Assembly: GCF_964355755.1 (NCBI RefSeq)
Contig: NC_092676.1
Span: 20,664,871 to 20,728,870 of the forward strand
Reading direction: 5' to 3'
Source: Antedon mediterranea
Taxonomy: Eukaryota > Animalia > Echinodermata
DNA: 64,000 nt
Part shown: one piece after another, positions 1-15,100 of the stretch
Position numbering within the stretch: the stretch's first letter is position 1
Layout: each line of letters opens with the position of its first letter
Notes under the pieces: model-generated
Databases searched by the model: none
What the model saw: only the letters and a program-made list of their open reading frames with translations
Told to the model about the DNA's origin: nothing
Translations under genes and position numbers: made by a program

Positions 1-172
1 TGAGACACAATATGCTGTACATACCAAGAAATTTAGGTAAAGAAGTTTAGATAACCATATCGTTGCAGTAATTATAACATTGGGCAACATCTTAAATGGC
101 TCAGTTTTGTTGGTTGAAAAAACTTCCATCAACCTCTACACATAAAAAAATGTGTTTCTTTTGTTATTGTAG

Positions 173-3100
173 GTACTTGTACATTTGAGGGTGGACAGTG
201 TGGGTGGAAATCTCTTGACACAGGCACATTCGAATGGGACATGGGTCAAGGTTCAACCCCATCTGCCAATACTGGACCATCAAGAGATCACACACTTGGA
301 AGTCCCAATGGTATGTACCATTTTAATGAATCTTATTCGATGAACGATTATCACTTTTTGCCTGCTTGTGCAGTGGTTTTAATGATTTTTTAAAATGATT
401 GTTATATCTTCGGTTTAGTGGTACTTCTTCGTTTATTTGAATATTTTTTTTTAATTGCATATACATTTTAGTACTTTTTACTTTTTTGTATTATAAAATG
501 TTACAGTTTCAGCCTTCCAGCTATTTGTGGCATTGTTCGTCCTTTTTTCACAATAAATATACCTGGAATAAATTATTATGATTTTTAAATTTTTACTACA
601 GGCCACTTCATGTATGTTGATGCAAGTACAGGCTCCAGCTATTCTAAAGCTATCCTGCTATCTCCAGACTTAAATGATGCTTATGCAACCTGTATGCTGG
701 ACTTCTGGTATCATATGTATGGCTCAGGTCAGTATTCCTATGGCTAATTTACCAGTATAATGATATTGTAGCTTGAGGAAAATGTCATTTATGGGAGATG
801 TTTATTACGGTGCATGGACTATACCCTTTTTTAGGGTGTCCATATTTTTTCATATTTTGGGGAATAGGCCTAATGACATATGTAGAGTAGATATCTCACT
901 CATAGACTGTTTGTGTACATTTTCACTTTTATGTATATGTTACTAATTCAAAGATGAATTATATTTTTAGATATTGGAGATCTTGCAGTATATCTTCGAA
1001 GTGGAAACACAAAAACCTTAATGATATATCTCACAGAAGATGAAGGGGACCAATGGAATAACATGCAGTTGGGTATTGGTAGAGTATCAACCACTTTCAC
1101 GGTAAGACTTCTTATTAAATCCTACTTGAATTGGCCAAAAACTTGATTTACTCCATAATAGATATTACACCTTTTATGTAAATCTTTTGTTAATTGGTAT
1201 TTTTATTAAAATTTATAGATTCAATTTGAGGCTAGACGATCTTACACCACTCTTGGTGATATTGCCATTGACGATGTGAGTTTCAAGAACTGCAATTTAC
1301 CACGTAAGTTTTGTACGCACTATTAGATCCAAAACAATGGAAAAGTAAAATTTATAAAAATATTTACATATACACTACTCTCAGTAAAAAAGGCTGCATA
1401 CACACAACACAATACTTCTACATTAACGATTTAGAATACTACTTTTTGGATTAAAATCAATTACTAATTATTTGTTTCAACAGCCGTTCAAAGCAACTGT
1501 GGAGCAGGTCAAACTCAATGTTCCCGTGGAAGCTGTGTCAATAATGATCGTCTTTGTGATTTGACTGATGACTGTGGTGATCGTAGTGATGAAGCTTCTT
1601 GCTGTAAGTTTGCCATTGAATACCTACAGAAATATTTTAAAATCAATATTTTTTTACCCAATTTTTGTTTAGTTGATGGTTAAGGCATGGAGCTGTAAAA
1701 CATAGCCAGCTATAGTATGGCATAGCTTCCACATACATTGAGAATAGTTCTGGTGGTAGAAACTGGCATAGCTTCCTCCAGGCATACCTTGAGAATAGGT
1801 AGAAGAGTCTTACTGGATAGGACTGGAGGTCCAGTTTGCACTTAAAAATCCCAATACATCTTTCGGAAGAGAGTACATCTCAGCTCCGTCTATAAAAGGC
1901 TGAAGGAATGTTGACCCCAGATCCATACAGCCAACTACAATATCGTTGAGACTGTCTCAGATGCGTTCGCTTGATATTATCAATATTTATTTTTGCAGCA
2001 AATTACGATATGTGTGACTTTGAACAAGGTTTTTGTACATGGCAGCAACTGCTTAATGATGAACTTGATTGGTATGGATACACTGGTATTACACCTACCG
2101 ATTACACAGGGCCTACACGTGATCATACTACAGGCTTAGAATCTGGTAGATATCTGTACTTGGAAACATCATCACCTCGAAAGCAGGGTGATCGTGCTAG
2201 GATAGGAAGCATGAACTTCAGAGCCACTAGTTCTGGCAACTGTATGGTATGGACTTCTTGTTACTACTAAAAGAAACTTTATAATTACAACAATTTCAAT
2301 AACAATAGTACATTCTTACTCCTGGGGAAGATTGAAGTATATTGATCGAAACGTTGAAAAACTCAACAGTTTTTTCAGAACTATATACATGCTGTACAAT
2401 AATACAGTAATTAAATTGCGTAAATATTACAACTTTTTTATTATTTTATACTTTTTTTTCTGTAGCTTCGATTTTACTACCACATGTATGGACAAAACAT
2501 AGGAACATTAAGCGTATACACCCGTACTGCCATTAATGGACCTTTGACCTTAGAATGGTCCAAGTCAGGAAACCTTGGTGACTACTATGAACGTGGTGAA
2601 ATAGTTTTTATAAAGTCGCAGGCTTTCCAGGTTATAATAGAATCAACAGTTGGTGATGGTATATATGGAGATATAGCAATTGACGACACATCATTTACTA
2701 CTGATTGTGTACGGTCCAACAACAATTTGCCTACCATACCGACAGGTAGCCCCACGACACCAGCAACCACAGCACCACCATGTGGCACCGGTTTGTTCGC
2801 TTGTACAGATGGTACTTGTATTGATGTGCAGAAGAAATGTGATGGTGTTGATGATTGTTCCGATGGTTCTGATGAATCTGAATGTGGTAAATATTGTACA
2901 CCTCTATATAGCCACCATTTAAATGTTTAGTACATTAAATCCCTTATTTGGGATACCCATATTCAGGGCACACCCCGATTTAGATGATAATTTGCCATAA
3001 AATGAATGTTGGGACATATATGTTTTAACACTGCAGGCTATTTGAGGACACACTTATTTAAAGCTCAGGTACAGGCAATAATTTTTAATAACATTTTTGG

Positions 3101-6100
3101 TTAATTGTACATAAATCAAATATTTGTAACAGAAATCAAGACGAAAAAACATGAATTTCCCTTAATATGGTCAAATACAAAATTTGGCAAAATTCTTCCA
3201 TAAAAACCAGGAAGAATTTTTTTCAGTAGTTCGGTAGTTAACCTAATGTAATAACATGTCTGGTGACTCCCTAGAAGGTGAAAAAAGATGGTGGATATAC
3301 GGTGGATAATTTTTGCTATAGCATGAAAATAAAAATCTGAAGTTGAATAAAAATGTAATATTCAAGTTATATTACCTATATTTAGTCATCTGATATCATT
3401 TTTTACCACATTGTTTAGTTTTCATAGCTTTTTAAAATGCCTCTCTATTTACAAAATTTGTGTACAAAAAATAGAGATTTTACTGTGTAATTTGAACTAT
3501 CCCCCCACTGATAAGAAAGAGCTTATTTTCAACAAGTTCGTGTAACACAAATAAAATCCCAAAAATTATGAAACATAGGGGAAACTATAGATCGATAATT
3601 ATTGGAATGTATGATCAATAGAACTTTTTTGCCCGCACCTGGCCTTTAAAGTGGATGTAAAGGTGTCCCATTAATAGGGGTTCTATTGTAATATTAGTGA
3701 ATTTTCTACGTATAGTATTATGTGAAAACATTTTTTAATATGAAATAAAATTTATTCTACCAAGGCACCTGTACCTTTGAATCTGGTCAGTGTGGATGGA
3801 CTGGTCTAAGCAATGGACGTTACAAGTGGGAACGACACACAAGCAACTCGGCAACTGGCCCCTACAACCCTCCCAATGACCACACATTGGGCACTGCTGC
3901 TGGATGGTACATGTATGTTGACAGTACAACTGGTTCTTTCTTAACAACTGCAATATTGCTTGCCCCAGATTTGGGTGATGTTGGACCAAAGTAAGTTATT
4001 AAATCAAGGAATCGTTTTTTATCTGTATTACAAGTGTTCAGAGTTTATAGCCTGTCCCTACCACAGTACCAGAAATGTTTATTGGCCATAAAAGTGTGCC
4101 ATTATCAAAACTTCATAAAAATTGTTCATATTGTTTTTTTTTTTTTAAGTAATAATGCATAATACCTTTTTTTAAAAATTTAGCTTATAGTATTATATTA
4201 GATTTAACTTCATATTACTTTGTAAATTAAATATTCTCAGTTCATTTTTATTAAACGAAAATTTCAATTTTATTGAATTTTATTATTTAAAGGTGTGAAA
4301 TGGACTTTTGGTACCACATGCGAGGTAGTAACGTTGGCACATTGGTTGCTGTTGTCTATGAGGGCCTAATTCCACAGTCTCTGGTCACAAAGATTGGAGA
4401 TCAAGGTAACCAATGGAACTCAGCCACCTTAATTGTTGGACAAAGAACTGCTGGCAATTATGTGGTAAGTCATAGAGCGTTTTATATGTAAAATGTTGTT
4501 CAGTCCAATCGCCTAATACCGGATACCCTTGAGATGGCTTAATGTGTCTGATTTTTCAGATAGCATTCCAAATGTGTTTTTAATGGTAACGGAGAATTTA
4601 GGACCACCTTTAAAACAGAAACAGTTTCCAGTTTTCAGAGAGTCTAGTATTGGGAGAGTTGACTGTATTAACAAAACACAATAGTTTAATGAAATCAAGT
4701 GATTATTATAAGCTATTATTACAATAGTGTTTACTTGTTTTTCACTATTATATCAAATTTAAATTGGTGTCTTGATATTATTATTTTATTCAGATTCGAT
4801 TTGAAGCAACACCAGGCTCTGATTTCCAAGACTCTAATGCATTGACTGACATGGCCATTGATGATGTAGTATTCACTAACTGTATTGGATTCCAGTCAGG
4901 TAAGTAGTAGACATGGATTATACAACATGTAAAGCTCTGTCTACACTATCAAATTGGTTGTAACAAAAACATGTGATGTGCCCATATATGGACATGATGA
5001 TGTTGTATCACTACCATGGGCATATCACTACCATATTTGGGCACATCATACTTTTTTGTCAAACTATAGTTTGATACTATAGACAGGGCTTTACTGTTGA
5101 TCGGTATACATGATGATTCAGCCAAAGTTATAGTTGCAAAATGCACAAGGATTGTATAACATTCCAGAAGGATAAACACTTTATTTAAACAAATTTTGCT
5201 TTCTTTCGTTGATTTATAAATCTTACCTTTTTCTTGTATTAGATCTCACCTGCACATTTGAAGGTAATGGGAATGGAAACATTTGTGGATGGAAGCAAGA
5301 TCTTACAGATGACTTCAACTGGAGTCTTCAGAAAGGAAGCACAGGCTCTGTGAACACTGGTCCACAATTTGATCACACTACTGGAAAAGGTAAATATACA
5401 TTTTGTGTAGCATCTTTGACATGTGTTTCCAAACTTACATAAATTATGTATGAGAATGTATCAACGTTTGGTTGTTATGTTGCAACCATCTTCTGGAAAA
5501 TTCTGAATTTCAGAACAATTCATTATTTTTATAATATGCCGCACATCTATACCATTTCATGGTTGTTACCATTTCTATTCATTTATATCTAAGAGACTTT
5601 TTCTTCTTTTATTAGGTTACTATGTGTACATTGAGACATCATCACCAAGGGTTAGTGGAGACTCTGCCATACTAAAGTCTGGAGATCTTGCACCTACTTC
5701 TAACAACTACTGCTTAGAGTTTTGGTATCATATGTTTGGCCCAGATGTTGCTAATCTAAATGTTTACCTGAAGATTGCCGGAGTTAAAAATCTGGTAAGT
5801 GAGCTAGTTATGTCATTTCGTTGTAGAGTGTGTGGCGAAAGCTTTGAGAATTATGATAGGATAATTAAAAATTAAAATATTATTTAAACTTTATATTTAT
5901 TATGTAGATTTGGACAAAAACGGGAACACAAGCAAATGAATGGCGAATAGCCCACGAAACTGTTTCTAGTGCATTAAACTACGAGATCATCTTTGAAGCC
6001 TTCGTTGGCAAATCATTTGGAGGGGACATTGCTCTCGATGACATCTCATATTTATCAGGAGATTGTCCTGCATCATGTAAGTTAGCCAAATGCAGTTCTT

Positions 6101-9100
6101 CGCAGTATCAATTTGACCTCTAATATATTTTATGGTACAGTACTGAAAATGTAGTAACCTTTACTTAATTAAACATTTATTTGATTCTCAGCTGTTTGTG
6201 ATTTTGAGGCCGATTTCTGTGAATGGACTAATGCCAAAGATGACACTATTGGTTTTGATTGGCAGCGTGATTCTGATGGTACACCATCCGTTGGTACTGG
6301 TCCAGAGGTTGACCATACATATGGTACACCATTAGGTAAGATACCAAAGCTTTTTTTGCCAATATTATATACATTCATGGCAAGTGAAGAGAGTATAAAT
6401 TGATTTTTCATTTAAATGGTGAATTCATAGGCTGATAATCTGTCTTTGATGACATTTTTGTTTCATTTTAGGACATTACGTATATGTTGAAACATCAAGT
6501 CCACGTGTAGAAAATGATCGTGCACGTCTAGAAAGTCCAGTATACGATGACGGTAGAAGCGATGAGTGCCTTACTTTCTGGTTCCATATGTGGGGTGATC
6601 ATATCGGTTCACTAAATGTATATCAATGGAATACAGGAGACACATTTGTGTATCCATCCTGGAGCAGAAACGAAGATCAAGGCAATATGTGGCGAAGGGC
6701 AAAGGTCACTATAGTAGGCTCTACAAAGACTTACAAGGTACTTTACATTACTATTTTCTTTGCATCCTTCCTCCATTTCCTTCAATCCATGGTAAAGTTT
6801 AAGATTATTCAAACATATACACAAATTAAAATCATAGAAGGGTTTGGTAGTGCTAGCATAGTTGTTTGGTTTGTTTAGCCCTGTGCATACAGCCATTAAC
6901 ATGTTTGAATTGTAAATTTAACTTTTTCTCAGATTGTCTTTGAAGCTGTGACTGGCGAAAGTTTCGGGGGTGACATTGCAATTGATGACATAGCAATACT
7001 TGATGGAGCATGTCCCCGAGACGGATTCTGTGACTTTGAAACAGACATGTGTGGTTGGACAAATGACTTTGTTAATGACGATTTTGATTGGCTAAGGGAT
7101 ACTGGTGGTACTCCAAGTAGTTACACAGGACCAACTGCAGATCACACACTTGGAAATGGTTTAGGTAAGTTGATGTCCAAGTCTATTAGGGTTTCTATTC
7201 ATTCTCACTGTTGCTACCCTTGTCGTTCATAGATGTAGCCAGTGTAGTTTTTATTATTTTACGTTATTTTCTCTTCTAGGTTTCTATGTTTTTATTGAAA
7301 CATCAAGTCCAAGATATGTAAATGATAAAGCTTGGTTAGTGAGTGAACATCTCTCTCCATCTGCAGGTAAATAACAACAAGTTTGAAAGATAAATATTTA
7401 TTAAGGCTATTGGCATTGCAATATTCATACATAGTGTCCCTTGAATAGGGGTTGGTAGTAGTGTTAAAACATATATTGGCCCTCATTTAAAAAAAAACTG
7501 TCTTAGTGGTTTAAAACAAACATCAGTGTATCTTGAAGGAATATTTGTAACTCTCATTTTGTATCATACAGGAACTTGCCTGAATTTCTGGTTCCACATG
7601 TACGGCACTGGTATTGGCGCACTCAACATATACACCCAGACGTTGGACAGTTCACCAAAACTTATCTGGTCAAGGAGTGATAATTATGGCAATTTGTGGG
7701 TAAATTCTAAAAGTACATTGATGTCAGCTGATGAATTCTGGGTAAGAAAATCTATTCTTCTTTTATTTGATAATAGATTAGAGTATTATTATTCAAACCA
7801 TATTGCCAAAGATTAGATGTGAATATCTGTCCTAATATGCTCTATAAAAACTAGTAAAATTGATTACCACCATCAGGAATGTTTGAGATTGAATCAGATA
7901 ATAGTGGTTCAATGTTGGTATGCACTGGCAAAATTAATTTTTTTTTAAATCTATTAACGTAATGTTAATGTTTTGTTTCTGTATTTACAGGTAATTTTCG
8001 AAGGTGTGCGTGGTACCAGCCATGAAAGTGATATTGCATTGGATGATATTGAGATCAGAAATGGTCTGTGCGCTATAACAATTGCTCCACCAACCACACC
8101 AGTTCGACCAACGTATCGTAAGTGAACATCAACAGTTGTACTATCATGCTTTACTTAGACTCGCAAACTGCATGATTTGATCACATAACATATTCAGTTT
8201 CAATTTGGTTATTACTTCAAATCCAGCAATTGTTTTTCCACCATCTTCTTATACCATAATCTACATACAGGAATTTTTCACATGTGAGGAATTGTCCACA
8301 TACCATTCTATGCAAAGTTCCACAATCTGATCGTGCACGTCTAGAAAGTCAAGTATATGATGACGGAAGAAGCGATGAGTGCCTTTAAGTACAAGAGATG
8401 CATTTGTGTATACATCCTGAAGTCAATGCAATTTGTGGCAAAGGGCAAAAGTTACTATACAACATTGATAATTGTGTATTTAATGTTGATATAATAGTCA
8501 TTTATTTTCATACAGTTACTAGACATGTCTTCATAAATCATGGATTTTTTAGTATCATTGTCATCTTCATACCATTAATATTGCTTTGGGATGTGATCCT
8601 GTTCCTCTATTTTGTAAGTTTTTAGTTTATTTATCATAGTATAATATTATCTTACAGTAGACTACATACAATCATTAAAAAAATGAATAGTGTTTTGTTT
8701 AAACAATTTTTCTCTTTAAATTTAGCTGCCGACTATCATGACTGTGACTTTGAGACTGGTATCTGCCAATGGGCTCAAGAGAAAAATGGGGATGACTTTG
8801 ATTGGATAAGAAGAACTGGTAAAACATCTTCAGCTGGTACAGGCCCAACCTATGATCACACAAAGGGAGATATATCTGGTGAGAACTGGTTGCAACTGGT
8901 TTTTATGTTCACAAAATTTGTGACTAGATTTACACTCCATAGCCAACATTAAACAAGTATTGATTTTTAAAATAGTTACTGTTTATAAGTTTTATCTTAA
9001 ATGTTTCTTTTTGTATATTAAATATAACATTTAATTTCATGTTAGGCTATTATCTATTCATTGAAACATCCGACCCACGTCAACCTAACGACACAGCACG

Positions 9101-12100
9101 CCTTCTAAGTCAAACCTTTGGTAATGGTGCAGCTGGTGTCTGCATGAACTTTTGGTACTACATGTATGGACCTCATGTGGATGAACTGACCATCTTCAAA
9201 GTTATTGGCAGCTCTGAGACTATTCTATGGCAACATACTGGATCCTTTGGACCTCAGTGGAACTATGGGCAAATACACATTGTTGAGCCTAGCGTCTTTT
9301 ATGTAAGTTCATATACTTCTATCAAAAAAACTTTGAAACTGTGTGATTAAAATGCCACTTTACAAACATACTAAATACAGAATCTACACAAACCAATTGT
9401 TGTGTTGGTAGTCTATGAGTGAGGATACCTACCTGCCAATTTTGGCATATGTATGTAGAATCTCTACAGATAGCGATCTCACAAAATGGACTATTATTAT
9501 ATTTTCCTGCAATTAAGAAAATTATTTTCTTTCTTAGTTGGTAGTACAAGCTAGACGTGGAGCCAGCTGGCAGGGTGATATATCTGTTGATGATTTCTGG
9601 TTCAACTCAGGCGATTGTCCAGCAACTGGTATGTATATATATTTAATATTAGGTAATTAAATATTAGCAATATTGTCATTGTCCTAGCTTTAAATATGAA
9701 TGTTCTACTCTACCACTGTATGAGTGTTTTTGTGTAATATTACGATCATTGTATTTAATCTTGTCTTTACTATATTAATTTTGCTCATACTGTATTTGTT
9801 TCTATTTTTAGAACGATGTGACTTTGAGAATGGAGATTGTGGCTATACACAAGATTCAACAGATGATTTTGATTGGACATTGCACTCAGGGGGAACACCC
9901 AGTCAGGGTACAGGACCTGCAACTGACCACACATATTATACCAAATATGGTATGTTGAATTTTGTTTGTTATACATTTTTTTACATAGGTTCTCTTTTTT
10001 TTGTCCTTTCTTTTACAAGTGAAGAGCAGGAAATATAGATTGACTTTTGTGTTTTTCAGGTCACTATATGTATGCCGAAATGTCATCACCGCGGCAATTT
10101 AGAGATGTCGCTCGATTGGACAGTCCTGTTTACCCAAAAACTGATGGAAAATGTCTACAATTCTGGTATCACATGTATGGCCAAGATATTGGAACCATCA
10201 ACGTCTATCGAAGAGTATCTGGCACGTACACAAAACTCTGGTCAGATGGATGGACTGGTATTGATGAATGGCACGTAGTAGAAGTAACTGTCATTAGTTC
10301 TAATGACTATCAGATTGTCTTTGAAGCCATCCGTGGTAACAACTTTCAAGGAGACATTGCCATAGATGATATTGTGAAATTGGATGGTGAATGTCTTCCA
10401 TTTGGTGATTGTAACTTTGAGACTGGAAGTCTTTGTACTTGGAAGAATGCTGAGGCTAAGTATGATGACTTTGACTGGGAGAGAATGCATGGGTCAACAC
10501 TCTCAGGAAGCACAGGACCAATAGTAGATCACACTCTTGGATCATCTTATGGTTGGTAAAATTTTTTGTTGAATGATTGAGTGATTGATTGAGGTAGCTT
10601 AAAAAATTACTAATAAAAAAGGGCATTGAATTCCTTTCTGTAACCCGACAACTATTGTTGGACCAGTAAAAGTTTTTTTGTACAACTGTGAAAACATTAA
10701 CATAATTGCATTATTGTTACGTTATCCTCTTCTGTTTTAGGCACATACTTATATGCTGAGGCATCTTCTCCTCGAACGAATGGTGACAACGCATGGCTTA
10801 TATCTGGCATCTACTCTGGCAGATCCTCTCGATGCATTGAGTTCTGGTACCACATGTACGGAGAACAGATGGGAACACTGCAAGTCCGCCAATGGCCATT
10901 GTCCTCTGGATACACCCTTGTCTGGAAAACAGAGGGCAATAAGGGAGATGTTTGGCGACTTGGTCAAGCCACATTACCAAGGGTCAATGGAGACTATGAA
11001 ATTATATTTGAGGTCATCATTGGTTCAGGATTTGAAGGAGATGCAGCTATTGATGATATAGTATTCATTGATGGTGATTGCCCTAGTATGTACTTTCTTG
11101 ATATAGTTTGATTAGTTTGTTAATTTATAGGAATATAAATTGAATCCTATTTGGATGTGGAAAGAAGTAATTATTAGTCAATTTGTGAATTAAATTAAAT
11201 TTTACAACGCAATCCAACACTATTAAAATAACGATTTATTTGACTTTTTTTTTCATAAAGACACACATTTTAATCTTAGTATTCTCTATTGCAATGACTC
11301 CAGTATAGATGTCTTGTAGTTAAATTATTGGTTTAAGTTATCTTCAAAGTGTAAGTCGGTTTTACTGTTTACTGTATTATCTTGTCCTTTAGATCCTCCA
11401 TCTGCTTGTGACTTTGTTTGCAATGACGGAACTGATTTATGTATTCCGTCCGACCAAGTTTGTGACTTTGTTAATGATTGTGCCAACAGCGCTGATGAAG
11501 TTGACTGTGGTAAGTCTATTGTTCAAATAATAAGCAGCTTTCGATTTGAGATGAACAGGACTTAGTGCATCCGACTATGATTTCTTATTGTTGTTAAAAA
11601 TATGCATCTGGGAATAAAGGTGATGGCCTATGTATAGTCATAATGGATGTTACATAGCCAATGTCAAGTGTATTTCAAATATTATTTATTAAAAGTTTAG
11701 CATTGGCATTTCTGAAATATTGTGTATAGGTCACAGCTGTACATTTGAAGTGGATGAGTGCAACTGGGGCCAGAACAGTGACAGTGAGTTTTATTGGAAA
11801 AGATACAGAGGTGCTACACCAACAGAGAATACAGGACCTGCTTATGATCACACTTTGCTTTCTGCAGCAGGTAAGTTGTAACTAGCTAAAGCATTGTAGA
11901 ATGGTTATTTTTGTTTGTGCTATTTTAGGCTATTTGGCTGATGTAGGAATATATTATTTTTATATTATCTAAGTCCAAAGACAAGTTACAGTGGTAAAGA
12001 TACAAAAGAATAAGTAAAATGCTGAATCAAAATGATAAAAGAAAGAACTGATTATTTTTTGGAAAACACTATTTATTCTTCGGGCTAATGAGAGTACTCA

Positions 12101-15100
12101 AGAGAAAGAAAATGGAACAATGATTGATTAAACTATTTTTCCATTCATTTATCACCAGGTTGGTATATGTATGTTGCGGCTGGAAATGGCGATAGCTCCG
12201 CATATGCCTCTCTGTATACACCAATATACCATAATTCTGCAGCCAGTTGTGAGGCACATTTCTGGTACCACATGAAAGGTAACCCAATAGGTACCCTACG
12301 AGTGTACCTAGATGAACAATACTACCTCTTGGTTCCATGGGAGATCACTGGAGATCAAGGTGATAGGTGGAATCTGGCATCAGCTCCACTAGGAAGAATT
12401 ACAGGAACCTTCAGGGTAAATTAAGATGCTTATTTTAAAGTAATATTTTGTTTATTCTTTTTACCATATTAGGTTCAAGTTAATTTGGTATTTATCCACA
12501 TGATCATCTTCTGTTGCTATTGTATTCTATTATTCTTAGAGAAACCTCCAGAAAACATATAATTGGGTTTTTAAATAGTTTCAACTTTTAGAATATTATA
12601 GCATACTAGGTTTTTTTTTTTTGTTAAGCATGATCTTCAGTAATTGTATATCGTACTTCTTATCATAGGTGTGGATCCAAGCTCAGAGAAGTTTTGATAC
12701 TCTTGGTGATATTGCCATTGATGATATAACATTTTCAAGATGTGGGCTTCCACGTAAGTTTGCAAACCATATATATTGATGGAGATCCTAAGATGGTCTG
12801 ATACCGGTGTCTTTTATTTATATATTTATATCTTTAAACTTGTTTTTTGTCATGTGCTGCAATAGCTATAGACGTTAATGCAAAATAATTAAAAGGAAAA
12901 GAAACCCAAACAATTATATTAATTTTTATTTATATTTTGCCTATTTTTTTGTAATCCATATTTGGATATTATTATGTTTTATTAAATTGAATTCATCACT
13001 TTGTTGATTATTATGCTGTACAAAATCATTTTTTTTACATGTGTTTTTTCTTTTCAGCGGTTGGTGATGGTACATGTTCCTCTGATCAGTTCCTTTGTAC
13101 CAGAAAGGCATGTATAGATGAGACTCATGTCTGTGACTACTCTGATGACTGTGGTGATTATTCTGATGAGGCTTCTAATCTATGCTGTAAGTACAATAAC
13201 ACATTGCTGAAAATAGTGATGCAAATAACCTGCACCATCAAATTGAACAGTTTAGTAACTTTTCCTACACTATCAAACTAGTTTGTCAAAAAAAGTGTGA
13301 TATGCGTAATTATGGTAGTTATATGATGTCATTGTGTCTATAAAGCACATCACATTTTTTTGCCACATAAAGTTTGATAGTGTAGACAGAGCTTTAAATA
13401 TATATTGTCAAAAATGTATTTATTGTATATATATATATATATATGTATTGTTAAAATTAAAAATTATATTATGTATTCATTCTACATTAGCAAATTATGA
13501 TCGATGTAACTTTGAACGAGGCTTCTGTGACTGGACACAACTGACAACTGATGAATTTAATTGGAGAAGAACAAGAGGAACTTCAGATAATAATGCTGCT
13601 ACTGGACCACTTCGAGATCACACAGTTGGAACATCATCAGGTGGGTGCCATCTGTGTAATATCAACATTTCCTCTTAAATGGAAGGTGCACCAAGGCAAT
13701 CTAACAACAGAATGCTGAACTCCATAGATCAAAGGGTTTATCTGTGGATGTGACACGATCAATTCCACGCCACTTAACAGACACCGCACGCCGCGAAAAA
13801 TATGTACAGTACTGTTGGTATTTGTTGCAGCCAGGCATAGGATCAAAGGACAGTTACGAGTTCCTATCTTGGCAAGGCGAGCTCATTGACCTGTTGTTAG
13901 ATTGCCTTGGTGCACAGAAGCAAAGAAATAACAAACATTCTTGAGATAAGCCAAGTGTTTTAAAGAGTTAATAATCAAATTACAGTATATTGGATGTTTA
14001 TTTAATACTAATATCAACAATTGTGCATTGTACAATTTCAGGCTATTATCTATACACTGAAGCAAGCTCTCCAAGGGTCAAAGGTGACAGAGCCAAACTT
14101 GCCAGTCCAATCTACAAGAGAATACAAAATCCAGGTGAATGCCAGGTAAGGATTTCTAAATGTCATTGTCAGGCATCACTTAGATTATCCCTAAATATCC
14201 AGTTGTATCCCAGTCTTAGCCAAAATGAAACTTGAATAGCTCTGCCTAGATGTCAGGCTGCATCCTAGATGAAATGATAACCAGGAGACCTAACTTAAGC
14301 TCTCTTCCATGGATAATTTGTATAAAATAAGTATTTAAACTAACAATTTATATTTTTTCAATTCATTTGTATAGTTCCGTTTCTGGTTCCATATGTATGG
14401 TGACAACATTAATACTCTGAATGTGTATAGTAGGACCGCAATCAATGGACCAGTCACCTTGCTATGGTCACGATCTGGTCATGTTGGTGATTATTGGGAA
14501 AGAGTTGACCTGGTACTGAAGAGCAGTAACGACTTCCAGGTAAATGATAAAGTGTTGAAAACTCAATTACATATTACAGTTCATTATTAAAATATTATTC
14601 AATTATCTAGTGAAGTTGTGGCTTGATGATTATGACGCTCGGCTACCAAGGGTCCTGGGTCTAAGTCCTGTCATGTCAGGATTTTTTCTAATGACAAATT
14701 ACAACTTCACTTCACCAAAGACTCACTCAATAAAACCATTTCTTGTGGATATGTTTTTCTTGTAAATAGATTGCCATCATTAAGAAGGACAGTGAATGAA
14801 TTCGCTTATGGTTATCCTTGGAAATTTGTCTAAATATATTAAAACCCCAAAACCTTTAGCTTTTCTATATGTTATTTTCTATAAATATTTTGTTCTATTG
14901 TAGATTGTATTCGAAGGCATTCGTGGAGATGGACCAGAGGGAGATATAGCATTTGATGACACTTCATTTACTCCTGGTTGTCAGCGATCAGGAGGTAGGA
15001 AGTTATTTAACTGCATTTGGTGTGTTTGATTAGGGACTTTTTTCCATTGAGTATTTTGACTTAAGTAAACTTAAGTCAATACTCAATGAACAAGCTTGCA

